DNA from: Zygnema circumcarinatum SAG 698-1b
Taxonomy: Eukaryota; Plantae; Zygnematophyceae
Reading direction: 5' to 3'
DNA length: 64,000 bases
Assembly: GCA_037447605.1 (NCBI GenBank)
Contig: CM074819.1
Coordinates: 2,345,580-2,409,579, forward strand
In this document: piece after piece, positions 11,039 through 24,000 of the stretch
How the letters are laid out: every line of letters starts with the position of its first letter
How positions within the stretch are numbered: the first letter of the stretch is position 1
Translations under genes and position numbers: made by a program
Notes under the pieces: generated by a model
What the model saw: only the letters and a program-made list of their open reading frames with translations
Database searches by the model: none
What the model was told of the DNA's origin: nothing

Positions 11039-14000
11039 AAAGGAATGGCAGGAACTGCAACACCACCAGCAGCAGTTCGCCAGGAGGCTCACCGGCAGCA
11101 GCCTTCACACTTGCCGCAATGCCGACAGCAGCATCGAAGAATTCTGCCACCTTCTCGAAATCCTCCTCAGTGAAGCCCCGACTTGTCAGCGCAGGAGTGC
11201 CTGCCAATCCCCTCATGACCCTTCGTCAGTCTCCCGCATTCGTAATACATCAGTTCATAGCAGCGCACAAAGTCTCTCACCCACACTTTGTCACTACTTT
11301 TAAAGTTATCACTACTTCCTCGAGTCTGACGCACCCATGCGGATGCCCCCCGGCACGAGTGCCGAGACATCCCCCGGCACCGTGTTCTTGTTCGCTGCGA
11401 TGTGCGCCAACTCCAGCACGCGCTCCACCCTCGACCCGTCCAGCCCCTGCCGCCCACTCGCCCGCCCAGCCACCAGCCACAGCTGAGCCTCGAGCAGCAA
11501 CAGCAAGGACAGTGAAGACACCTCCAGGCCTTCCAGAAGCAGAATGACTGCTCCTTGACAAGGGCTATCCGTCGCAGGATGAAGAGGTCTCCAGTTTTGC
11601 TCGGAGACTCGACGAGGCTGAATAGCTATGCACGCAAGCATGGCTACACAGGCTTCACAAACTTCTCATGGATCGTGCGTGAAGGGATCGTGAGTGAGCA
11701 ATGTTTGAGTCTCGGAGAGCCGGGCCATACCTTAGTTTTAAGATTAACAAGCACTAAGTGATTGCTTGTACCCCCGGACACCAAATCGTATCCGCGATCC
11801 ATTAAGCTCTGCAAGGCGCTTCACTTGTCATTGAGAGTTCAACAGTAAGAGAAAATAAACTAGGAACAAACACTCTATCGGTTCGCCTCCCACCCCCACA
11901 CCAGAATTCACGGAGGGTCAAAATTCGATTTCACCCCTCCTCACCTGTGCAAAACGTGCACAGTTGGCCAACACCTGCTGCTGGTACTGCTTGAACTCTG
12001 CCGACGCCGCCTGCATCCAAACCCACACTTCTAAAATCTGTGAGGCCTCTGTGCAAAAGCCACACACACACGCACACACACACACGAGGATACACATGAT
12101 GCGCAAGCACGAGCAAACACACCTGAAAGAAAGAGAGAGAGAGCGAGACACGGACACGAACACGCATAGGGACAGAGACAGGGAGAGGGGGTGGAGAGAT
12201 TAGAGATAGTGGAGAGGGGAAAGGCGGGGAGGGGAGGGGAGGGGAGAGGAGAGGAGGAGAGAGGGGAGAGGAGGGGAGAGGGGAGAGGGGAGAGGAGGGG
12301 AGAGGAGAAGAGGAGAGAGGGGAGAGGAGGGGAGAGGAGAAGAGGAGAGAGGGGAGAGGAGGGGAGAGGGGAGCGGGGAGAGGAGGGGACAGGAGAGGAG
12401 CGAGGAGCGAGGGGCAAGGGGCAAGGGGCAAGGGGCGAGGGGAGAGTGGCGGGGAAAGCCGCAAGGAATGGGAGTGGGGAGAGGGGAAAGGGGAGAGGGG
12501 AGTGGAGAGAGGAGAGGGAAGAGAGAGACAGAGAGACAGAGAGAGAGGCCTGTCGGGAATGGATGGAGACTGCTTGCCTGCTTGAGCGCCACTGCAAGCC
12601 CAGCAATAGTGTGGTTGTGAGGGCCCCCCTGGCAGCCTGGGAACACAGCCCAATTGATTTTGTCTTCCAAATCGTACAGAATCTGCGCATCCCCACAATC
12701 TCACTTCTCTCAGACTCGCTGCATGCATACCAGTCAGCCTGCACGCGCACCACATAGAAGCCTGAAAACTCGTGTGCAGCCGGAGGAACTGCACTTCCTC
12801 TGCAACACTTCGGCTTGTTGAGGCGCGGGCTCAGCCATACCTCCTTGCCCTTCTTGTCGAGGCCCTTCAGCCCTTTCCGATAGAATATCATGGCGCCTCG
12901 AGGCCCTCGCAGCGACTTATGGGTAGTGGTGGTGACCACATCCGCGTATTCGAAGGGGCATGGCACCACCCCCGCAGCGACGAGACCACTAATATGCGCC
13001 ATATCCGCAAGAAGAATAGCATTTTGCTTGTCAGCTATCTGCACATTCAAACGGCACCGTTATTCCCAGCGCTGCTGTCCTCAATCTAGTATGAGGCCTT
13101 AGAATCACTTTTTTTGTAATCTCCTGCTCCCTGCAGTTTCACCTAGATCTGAGGAGGAGAGGTGCCTGAAGGCTCTTGAGATACGGTTGAACTTTGACGA
13201 CGGAGGCACAAAATCGGAGGCCGGCAGTGGACAGTCGCCCATTCGCTCTATGCTCACCTTCCGCATGCGCGGGTAGTCGTAGTGCCGCGCGTACGCACTC
13301 GCACCTGCCACAATCAGTTTCGGCCGAAATAGCGCCGCCGTTTTTTCCATCTGCAGAACCGTGCCTCCCACAGCTGAGTACGTAGTCCAGCTTTCGACAG
13401 ATTGTCACCGTATGTTCACAATGCTTAAGAAACCCCCAGGGTTCTAAATCCATGTCAAAAAGTTCATAATGCCCACATTCTACTACATTCTTCTACTGCC
13501 TCCCCATCACCTTCCGAACTCCAAAACCCACGCTCGAGATGCGGCTATACTCTCAAGCTTACTGGTTACCTCATACCAGAAGCACATACAAATATCCGCA
13601 CTCGTGCGTGGCAAAGAATGTCAAAGAGAATTCCTATTGAGAGTGCACATATATGCAGGCAAAAACATTCCCCTTCCATTAAGTACTCAATCCAATGCCC
13701 TGTCTACGGTTAATTTATTCACACTAAATTCCCGAGTTGGTCGAGTGTAAACCTGTCCTGAGATCTGTCATCTCATATTGCAGTATGCGATTGACATCCT
13801 TTACACAGTTAATTTTATTTAAAGAAAGAAAAAACGAACTCCGACGTCCAACTAGTAACAACTTTTGTAATGCTTTAGGTCCTTACGGAACAAGATGGCA
13901 ATGACTTAAAGTTAAATCCTCCATCCATTCGGGCTTAGAACCGGACATCCCTAAATAAGGATCCCGCAATGGGGATGACAAAGAGTCTTGTGTTTGTATT

Positions 14001-16473
14001 TCATCACAAACCCAAGGTTCGCACATGAAATTCCTCCAAACATGCATGCACTCTGTCTAGCATCTCCTAGATTCGAAAAGAAAATCCTATACCAGTAACC
14101 CAGCCAGTAAGCCTACACCTCTTAGCCTTTGCCCGGTCGGAACAGCTCATGCATATCACCCTTTCCTATTCTTTTAGACAGGCCACCAGTAGTGCTTTGG
14201 CCCATTCTAATGCTCATTGCCTACTTCCTGCGAAACTATAAAACACGACTGTTTTAGCATGTGAAGCATGAATCGGATAAACCTCATTGAAAAGAGTTTA
14301 AAATGCCTTAACTTCTCCTACAAGCATTCACCCTCATCCACTTTTCCCGCAAACATACTTTCTCATACTCAACCGAACCGAAAGGCAGATACAGCCCGCG
14401 CTTTCCACATCCTCAAAAGCATTAGTGAGTCACCATTCTGCTAAAAAAACGCATGGGGCACACCATGCTCCGCAGAGGGCAAAGGGGTACCTCATGCTAA
14501 AATCGCGCGTTCCCCTACAATAAAGCCCTGAAATCTGAAATTGCATTTGAACCATCCCGACTATCGCTGGACCCAGATAGACATTTGCGCCATTCCCTTA
14601 AAGACGCTGGTCTGTTTATCGGTGCAGATACCATTGCAACAAAGCTTCTGGCAGAGTAAGGGGAGGCAAGGTGATCGAGCGCACCATGTCATAGTCGATG
14701 AGACCAGTGGTCTCGTCCAGGCGATATGGCATGGTTTCGAAGTAAACTGAGACAGCGGAAATCTTCTTTGTATCAGTCTGCTCACCCACCCCTTCCCTTG
14801 CTCGTCACATGCCACCGACATTGTGTTTTAAAGCTCTGCAATTTTCTGCTTCCCGAAAAGACCCTGCACTTCAATCGCCAGAAGTATACAGAGCAAGAGA
14901 GAGGGAGAGAGCAGGAGAGCGCGTTTGCTAATTGCAAGCAGACTAAAAACAGTCCAGTAGCCAGTTCTTAATTCTCTTGGGAAAATATGGGAGCGGTACC
15001 TGGTAGCCATGGGAGAGATGGCCTCCATGCGGTAGGTCAAGAGCCATAATACGGTCGTGCGGTTTGAGCAACGCTGTGTATACGTGGAAGTTGGCAGGCG
15101 ACCCTGAGAGAGCTTGCACGTTAACTGCATCCAAAACTCGCAACCCCATGCAAAAAAATCAGAAAGCAGGTCAAGCACACTCAAATCTCCTATTTCAGCA
15201 ACCATTCGTAGCACTCTGCTATCCTTTTTCCTGTAGCAGAGCTTGATTGTCGGGAAAGCTTGGAGAAGAAAAAACCCAAACTAGCTCTGTTTTGAACCGG
15301 AAGCAGCACTTTCGACGGACAACAACGGCAATACGACCCCTATTCCTGGGTATACATATATATATCTAGAGAGGGAGACAGAGAGGAGGGCGGGGAGGGA
15401 GTTGCCATTCCCGGACAACAACGGCAATACGACCACTGTTCCTGGGTATACATACCTATATATATATCTAGAGAGAGAGACAGAGAGACGAGGGCGGGGA
15501 GGGAGTAGCCATTCCCAAACATACCTCCCCACTTGGCGGGGTCAAGGCGGAAGGCCTCCAGCGCGCGAGTTTGGCACAGAGTTTCCGCCTGATCAATGAA
15601 CCTGCACAGATATCGCGAGGACTGCGTCTCACAAGGATCTTCCTTCGAGGCAGGTCGAACTTTCACCGAAGCAGGATACTTCAATTTAGAAGCCGGTAAA
15701 ACCAACTTCGAAAGGTACGTATGCAAGCTGCTCACTGCCTGACTTCTTGAGAACACCAGGAGTGTCCCGAGGTCGAGGATACTTACTCGTTTCCACCGTA
15801 ATAACGAGCGCCGGGATAGCCCTCGCTGTACTTGTTGGTCATCACAGACCCGACAGCTTGCATCACTGAAAGCGATGTGAAATTTTCAGACGGAATGAGC
15901 TCCAACCCCTGCAGGTGCCGCCATTGCGCCCCTTCAGAATGCGCGCACGCGCCTCTCTGCCTGCCATAGCTGCATGACCCGCCTTAAAAGCATTCCAAAC
16001 TCATGGCGGGAAAGCGCACCTTCCACTGGCGGTTTTTCTCCCACTCGATGATGCTATTGATCTCGGGGTCCACCTCTGCCAGCGGCGAGTTCAGCAGCTT
16101 TGGCCACTGCAAGCGCGCCAACAGCTCCCACAGCCCCCCTCATCCGCAGCCCTTCCAGGGTAAAGGGTTTCGCGGCCGCACGCAGGGTGGGAGAGAGGGC
16201 GCACCGAGACATGCGCCTTGTCCTTGGAGCTCTCAAAGCGCGAGTAGGCCTCATCGTTGGCCAACGCCGACTGCAGCAGCACCCAGCCCGTGCGAGAGTT
16301 AGAGCCTCAGCGGCCCGCGTCTAGCTGCTGCGCAGCGCAGAATGAAGGTGCGGAAGAGGGCGGGAGGGAGGGCGTGGTACCCCGTGCCGAACGGCGGGGG
16401 CGAGGGCGGGGGCGACGCGCAGCAGCGGCAGCCGCAGCGGAAGCGCTCTGACGCGGCGGGCAAGCAACGCCAT
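10724..16473 (-). CDS. SHM1: Serine hydroxymethyltransferase, mitochondrial type, multi-exon
   Basis: Arg-rich presequence [13 protein letters not shown]. Exons encode [74 protein letters not shown] (PLP lysine), [20 protein letters not shown] and [15 protein letters not shown] stop at 10724-26. Confidence 0.97.
15316..15516 (+). repeat. Tandem duplication of ~100 bp inside an SHMT intron
   Basis: 15316-15411 and 15412-15516 both start CGGACAACAACGGCAATACGACC and end GCCATTCCC. Confidence 0.9.
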
Positions 16474-16955
16474 GGCGGAGACGTAGGGAGGCGGAGGCAG
16501 AAGCGGAGATGGAGGCGAGCGGAGGAAGGAATGATGAGGAGGTGCGCGCAGCCTTAGAGGCGAGGCGGCCTCCCCCTCTCCCCCCCCCTGGCCTCGCGCC
16601 GCGCCCAGGGGGCCCGTGCGCACCGCCGTACGGTACCGTATGGCTTATCTTTGTCCGTACATCGCCACCCGCAGCCAGACCGTCAAATACGGGATTTACG
16701 CAGAATCCCGTATTTTATTATTTTCGGGACCATTTTGATTTTCATTTCGGGATTTACGGGACTTTTGTACTTATGGTAACTTTTTTGTACCTTTTAGGTA
16801 CTTCGTTTGTACTTTTTGACGACGTTTTTGTCCTGTAGTAGCATTCGAAGACAGTTTTTCTAGGAAAATGCTACTGATAACATTAACAACTTAACATAAC
16901 ATTGCTGATATGTCTAACTATGACGCATGACGCATAAGAGTTCGTCTCCCTTTTG

Positions 16956-17092
16956 GTAGTTTTCCGCTCCGAGCTTTTTTCTTTTGTGCTCAGGTCCTTC
17001 GCGTCCAGTAGTTCCTCGTGGTTCCCCATTATGATTTCGTCCATGTACATGTGATGGCCTCATCGCCATCGCGAGATCCATGCCACTTCCAT
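16956..17092 (+). mobile_element. 3'-UTR fragment of the same RLE-LINE family, opposite orientation
   Basis: Reverse complement aligns with 5085-5225, e.g. GATCTCGCGATGGCGA...CATGTACATGGAC...GGGGAACCACGAGGAACT...AAGGACCTGAGCACAAAAG. Confidence 0.75.
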
Positions 17093-18097
17093 TCCATTTT
17101 TTCTCGACCATCAACATCCGGAGCCATATGTTGCGCAAAATACAAATCGTAACGAAATGAATCCGACAATCCATCCATACATCTCACCACAGAAACGCAG
17201 GATTCAGCACGTGCGATAGATTTATCGCACGCGCCAAATCCTACGGAGACCGTGACCGCAAGGTTTGGCACGTGCGAAAAATCTGACGATCTCAAATCAC
17301 CCACGGATGACCTCGGCCATTTCCGTATCGCAAGGCCTTGCATTATTCTCCACGCGGGGCCGATGAAACAATGACGACGGGGCGAGTCCGCGGCGGCAGA
17401 CCACGAGAGAGCAGTCCCTTCACTCTTCCGACAATGCAAGATTGCACGGATTGGATGGCTGTCCAATCACGTCCATCCGCTACGATCCCACCTCTATTAT
17501 GGACAGCAGGCAACCCTAAAACGCTTCTTTTACTAAAGAAAGTGAACAGCTTAGTTAAATAGCCAAATCCCATAACTCTCCATGCCTTCAAATAAAGCGC
17601 TTATTCGAGCACCCTGAGCCCTCATGGGCTGCCCCATGAACCGCTCCCTGTAACGCATCCGCAGAAATCAAGTCCTAATGCTTATTTTGAGTCGCTACAC
17701 TGGAATTGGAACAAGTCCCTTCCAAAACTTCCTAAAAGGTATTCTCCTTAACAGGACACTGTTGCCGTGTCCTTTCGAGACCGACGAGTCACGCGGTGAT
17801 CTCACACGGCCCAGCTTCGCCTCCCCCCGCCGGCCCCCTCCCCCCCCTCATCCGTCCATTCCTCTCAACTAGCAAAAGCAATGGAGGCCCTCTACGTTTA
17901 TCTCCTATACATACAACGGGCTTTGCGCTCCCCTTACAAAAGGGACCGGAGGCGAATATAGCCTCTCTATCAAGCGCCATACCTCGTTCAGGGAAAGTCC
18001 AGTGCTGCATCGAGGGTCGAATTACAGAAAGTATACACAAGCGGAGAGCACCGGCGATGCCCTTCGCACAAAATGGAGCTCGAACCGCGATTACATT

Positions 18098-21000
18098 TCA
18101 GCAGGCAGCATCTCTGCCGAAGGCAACGAGCGCTTTCCGAGCGTAGTGCAGCACGGTCTCCGGAGGGTCCAGCCCCCCGTTCGCTCCCACCGCCGCCAGG
18201 GCCGCCAGAGCCTCGGCGGACCAGCACCCTTCCTTGGCGGCTGCGGCACTTGCCAGAGCAGCCTTGTTCCATGCTTCCAAGGCCGAATACATCTCCAGTG
18301 CCTGCACCCACAGAGTGTGTGTCAGGGTCTCCCGTCGAATGTGCTGATAAATTCCCAATCAGAAACTGGACATGCTCCACATTCTACACCATTTGCCTCT
18401 GTCGTTTGTCCTGTCCGTTTTCCAACCGTCTGATATAGCGGAGATTTGAAGAACATTGAATCCAACCCTGAACAAGTCCTAGACAGGCCTTAATGATCCT
18501 CACATCTTTGAGATGCCGGTGATTGGGCCGTGGCGCCTCCCCTTGAACAAGTCGATTGCCAACCAAAGCAACAAGTGAAGTACTTGTAGGCTTCACATTT
18601 ACACTGCTGCCGCACGGTTTTCCGGTCGTCTCTTGCAGAGTAGTTTTTGATAAACTATCCACTATGCCAGCGCCTCCAGGGACAACTGCTAGTGCAGCTG
18701 CCTGAGCAGTGGTCGCATTGTCAACATCAGATGCTGCCGATGATGATGGAGAGTCGCCTGCAGAGCAAAACGGCCGCCAACGTTGCTTTAGAACTACACC
18801 TTACATCTGAACTGCAACTCATGAAAGACCCCACCGCATCTTTCAAAAACAGGTCGCAAATGTCCATTCACCTTGCTGACCAGGTACAGCCGTTTGCTGT
18901 TCTCCCCCAGACCTCTGCGCATTGTTTGACCGGGGCACGTCCACAGGGAGCTGCCCATCCGCGGGTGCCGCAGCCCCCCCAACTTCCCCCCCACCCCCAC
19001 CACCCCCCGCAGCCGGCTTGCCGGCAGCAGGCCCCTGCCCCTGCCCCGGGCCCGGGCCCGGGCCCGGCGCAGAGGCGAGGAGGGTGGCGAGGCAGAGCAT
19101 CTCCTTGCGGGGCGAGCGGTGCGCCACGAGCGCGCGCGTGCGGGCGACGGCGGCACACTTCCAGGCCACGGCCGCAGCACCGGCCAGTTTCCGCCGCTCG
19201 TATTCCTTCGCACAGAATCTGAGAACCCCCCAAATCCCGATCGCCAAACCCGCCAAGTAGATCAGCAAACTAGAAATCTAGAATTTATCAAGCAGTGCAA
19301 TGTTCATCTCATTGCATGAAACCGTCATGCTGTAGGAGCAAACGAGCTGCGGAGAACCTTCACCTTAAGGTGCTCCGCTTGTATCCACCACTTGAGATAG
19401 TACCATCACTGTCGGTGTAAGAAGCACTTGTGCGTTTAACTGACTGAAGGACCTATGCAGCCGGGCACTGATTAACTTACTCAAACAGGCTGAGGACGTC
19501 CCAGGAAGCCGCCTCCATAAACTTTAGCGCAGCACGCATGTATCCATCGGGTTTTTGAGAAAGCTCCATCTGCAGAGACCCAAACCTTTCGTGAGAATGA
19601 TTTTGTCGGTGATTCTGATGTTAGAGGACCCGCGATCCCTGAACGAGATCAACAGACTGACAGCTCCGTTTTCCAGAATTGGACCTCCGCTTCACGTGCA
19701 ACTTGAGGAAATCACAAACTAGGAACTATGCTATCCGGAGCGTGGAGCCTTAGGTTTGGATTGTTCTTATCAGCTGCTGATGAAACCCCCCAGCGGTGTG
19801 GTTCACCTGATCAGCGGCGCGCTTCAACATTCTGGCCTGCGCTGCAGCATCACTTTGCCGCTCGCCCTGCTGACTTCCTTGCAAAGCGGGCGTTGTTGCC
19901 GACGCTTGGGCAGACGGCACTCGTGATGGACCCGGCCCAGCATTATCCTCAGCTGCAGGTGCAGCTGCTGAAGGTATCCCCACATCCCGAACAGATGCAT
20001 GCGGCACAACTGCACTGCTTGCGACTGTCACTTGCTGAGCAGAAGAGCTCTGATCCACTTCGGTCGGGGCTCCACCATCAGTCATTCGCCTGCTCTTGCT
20101 ACTTGGGCCAGCTTGAACTTCGTCAGGTAGGGGCTGTGCAGGTGGACTATTTTCTTCCCTATGTGGAGCTTCAGAAGGACCGAGAATAGTTTGTGCTACA
20201 TGTGGGAATTGCTCCCTAGAAGCAGGATCCTGCGATAACCCTGTTCGACCTCCAGGCTCCTCCTTTCGAGATGACCCACTTGGCAAGCTGTCACGTCCTC
20301 CACCAGTGGCACCCACTCGGTCATCCTTGGAACTCCGCTCTCGCAAGTAGCGATCGTCAAACCGGTCCCGAGCTCTATCTCGATCTCGTTCCGCAGGACG
20401 GCCATTCTCCCAGTCACTTCTGCCGTTATAATAACCATCTCTACTTCGACCATCTTTTCTCTCATACCTGCCATCACGTCCATCTCGCTCCCATTCTCTG
20501 TCACGAGGCCAAGCACTGCGATCATGGAAACCGCGTTCGTATTGTTCTCCTTCTCGATGATACGAGCTGCGACTGTCCCGCTCAGCGGCGCCGGGTCCGT
20601 GGTGCTCGTAGTCGCGAGCGCTACGCGCACGCTCATACCCGCGGTCCTCGTACCGGCGCTGCCCTCCCGGCGCCTCCCTGGAGCCTGCCCGCGAATAGCG
20701 GTCCTCCCGGGGTCGCGGCACAGCCCCCTCCGCCCCCCCGGCAGCCGCGTGGGGCCGAAATGCTCCGCCGGCTCCATCTCGAGGACGAAGAAGAGGGTCG
20801 GCTCGAACGGGCTCTTCCCACGCGCGACCTGAATGCTTGCCGAAACTGGAGGGACGATCCCTCGCGTCCTTCCTCTCTCGCAAGGTCTCTGGAGAATGGG
20901 GATGGCGCGACGTGTCCTTCGGTGACTGGCTGCGCCTATCTGCCCTGCTTCGGCTACCTTCTGCTGCCTGGCCTGCTCGAGACCGCTTGCTGCCTTGACC

Positions 21001-24000
21001 CAAGTTGTTCGTCACGTGAGCCGAGCGAGAGGGAGAAGTGGATACAGTGGACTCCGCAGGCGTGCCTCGACGCCTTGAGCTGCGCGTGCCAGAGGTGTCC
21101 GATTCAGATGGAGATGAACTAAGCTCGGAACTGTCTGATGATGTTGAAACAGAAGCGCTGCGTTTAGACTGCCTCGCTTTCTGAGAGTCTCCATTGTCAG
21201 CCTGCTGCTGTCTTGTTGCAACATTCACTTCCGATCTTGCTTCCACACAGGTTGCGTTGCCATCTGCCTTCCCAGCATTGTCAGCTGCATCCTTTTGGGC
21301 CACTCCATCGAGGACACGGCTGTCAAGAGGTTCAGTTTCGGCAGGTGACAGCCTGCCACTTTCAGGTGGTTGCACACGTCCAGGTTGTAAGGGACTTCTT
21401 TTTCCATAGCCCTCACCTTGGACCATTAAAGAGCCATTCCCGAGAGAAGCCTTTTTCTTTTCTTCTTCGGAAGGGCCGTTCCGTCTTCGACTAGCAAGGA
21501 TTTCATCTGGTGATAAACTCTGCGTTTTTTTATCATTAACAGTCGCCGGCTCTAAGCTTGGCGGCCCATCCCATCGCCCATCAGCGACGGACAATAGAAG
21601 GCCTTCTGATGGACTGGAACTACGTCGTCTCTTACGGAGAGGATCATCATCCCCCATTCCCGTTTGACAATGCAGCTGACCTACGGAGCTGTCTGCAGCA
21701 GTTTCCTTCTCAACATTAGCTGCATTTCTCTCCCGTTTCAGCGCTGCACGTTTCAGGCTGTTCGCTGATGCAGTCCTAGCACCTGCCTTCTCAGCAAACG
21801 CACTGACCTTTTGCCGATTGTTTTCTTGGATGTCATCCCCTGCACAAGGCACCTCCAGATGGGCAGAGCCACCCGACAAGCCACCCGACTCCTTAGCCCA
21901 TGACAGGCTCCTCTCTTCACTCCTTCCCCTTTCAGGAATTGTGCTTCCTGCTATCACGCGTTTGCCAGCTTCAGCTCCAGATATGAGCTTTGCACTTGCA
22001 CTTCCGTTTTTGGTCGAAATTCCCTTTGCAGAATCTTCATTTTTCAACCATTCTTCTGCACAACCAAGCAAATACACTCCCTGACAGGCTGCCAACTTTG
22101 GACAAAATGTTACACAATCATGGCGAAGAAGCTCGATTCTAGATTGACAGACACTCACTCTTTGATAGTGAACCACATTGTTAACACTAATCGATGGGAA
22201 TCAAAAGCCTTAAGTGCGACAGCTAGTCCTCGGCATGACAAGCTAGTAAACAAGAAGCTTTAGAAGCAAAACACACAAAAGAAGATGCATAGTCAAAGCT
22301 AGTAGGACACCTTTGCTGTCAGTGTCGCATTGATCCTTATCAAGTTGACGCTTCGAAGGAGTGACAGCCGAAATAATGTGACCACTCTTCATTTTGGGCG
22401 AAGAGGAGACTGCTGCAGCAGGTGCCGACTTCAACTTGCTTTTCTCTTTGACCACCCCTGACTTCTGTTTCAGAGTGGCAGACGGGAGAACAACAGCGCC
22501 ACCTTCAAGCTTTGAGGGAGCCTTTGACGCAGCCCCATTGAATGGCAACTTTCGACTGCCACCTTTCGCCAGCTTCCGCTTCTTGGATGCATCCGAGACA
22601 GAGACCGAGACCGAGACCGAGACCGAGAGGGGGGCTGCGGCCGCGCTGCTGTCCGCAGGAGGAGGAGGAGGAGGAGGAGGAGGAAGAGGAAGAGTCGCGG
22701 CGGCCTCCGCGAGGGGCACTGGGGGGGGCCACGCGCGCCCCGTGAGGAGGTAAATGGCTTCCGTTGTGCGCTCCTGCGCCACATTGCAATCTGCGAGCTC
22801 CGGCCTGCACAAGAGGCAAGGGAAGGCAAGGCACCGTAAGAGTTGTGGAAACCTTGTAACTCTCATCTTCCCCTCAGCTGGAAGGTCTTGCCAAAGCCCC
22901 TAGATGTCAGAGGACGGACACTCTACCAAGACCGATCCACCGAAAACAAAAGAAAAACCAAAAAAAAAAGGGCAGTAGCTACAGTAAATGCAGGCAGAAA
23001 GGGAATGAATTCCTCAGGAAAAGAAAGGGACAAGCGCCACGCTTTGCAGTCTACAGCAAAAATTGTAAGTGTTGTCTTTATGACACGCAGACTCCACTAG
23101 ATTCCTTCGGGAAAGTTCAATGAGGCAGCTCACGTCCAATCATTCATGTAGCAGTTCCATTCATCTGGAAGTGAGTCAATCTGGATGTATGGCGGAAGGA
23201 GACGCCACAAATTGCACTTGTCGCAACACACCCACTCATCCTTTTCTGCCTCGAATGGAACACTGCCTTCTGGCGGAGCTGGAATAGTGGAAATAGGGGC
23301 TGCGACTTCCAGGGCTTCTCCCAACTTCTGGAGTTCACTCTCCTCACCGAGCTCAATCGGCTTTTTAATAATCACGACATCCCCCAAAAGGGTATCTGAA
23401 GCGGTTTTCTTTTCCTGCACGGAACTCTTCGCCGACGATTTATCCTGCATTTCTTCACGACCTTCTTTGCGTTTTGCAGCCCCTTTCAAACTCCCTGTCC
23501 TGCTAAGCTTTACACTCTTCTCCATATTCACTCCTGAAGTGCGATCTTTGAACTTCGACTGTGAATCATGCTTGCCTCTCCCGCCGCTTGTATCTGTGCC
23601 CCCTTTTCCCCTTCCCGTTCCTGAGGCAGCCTGCAGCTCCGCCCCACCTTCTGCTGTCCCATCACGCAATCCTCCACCAACTGGTTTGTCTTCTTCACTC
23701 AAGCCGATCCTTCTCTCCCCGTTCATCATCTTTAATCTCTTACCTTCCTCTGGTGCATCCATCTTCTCGGCTTCTCGCTTGCCTGTTTTGGATGGCTTCT
23801 TGCTCGAAATTTCATTAACCAAACAAGGCACAGACTCCCCATCTTTGCGCTTCTCACCCTCTTGTTTCAACTTCAGAGCTGCCATTGCAGCTTTACCGTT
23901 TTCCATCCCTTCCATGGGCGCACATGGAGGAGTAATCTGGCCAGAAACAGCAGCTTCTGACTCCCCTAAACGAGTCGCCTTAACGGATGCAGACTTCTTC

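Noticed and set aside
10985-11042. Poly-C/poly-A run as a special structure
   Set aside because: It flanks an N-gap inside an SHMT intron, so the length is unreliable.
18098-19270. Separate gene at 18.1-19.3 kb
   Set aside because: The exons join in phase to the CWZF C-terminal helical domain.
20271-21122. Antisense ORFs of 283 aa here and 341 aa at 23185-24210
   Set aside because: They are shadows of the large CWZF exons with no independent motifs.
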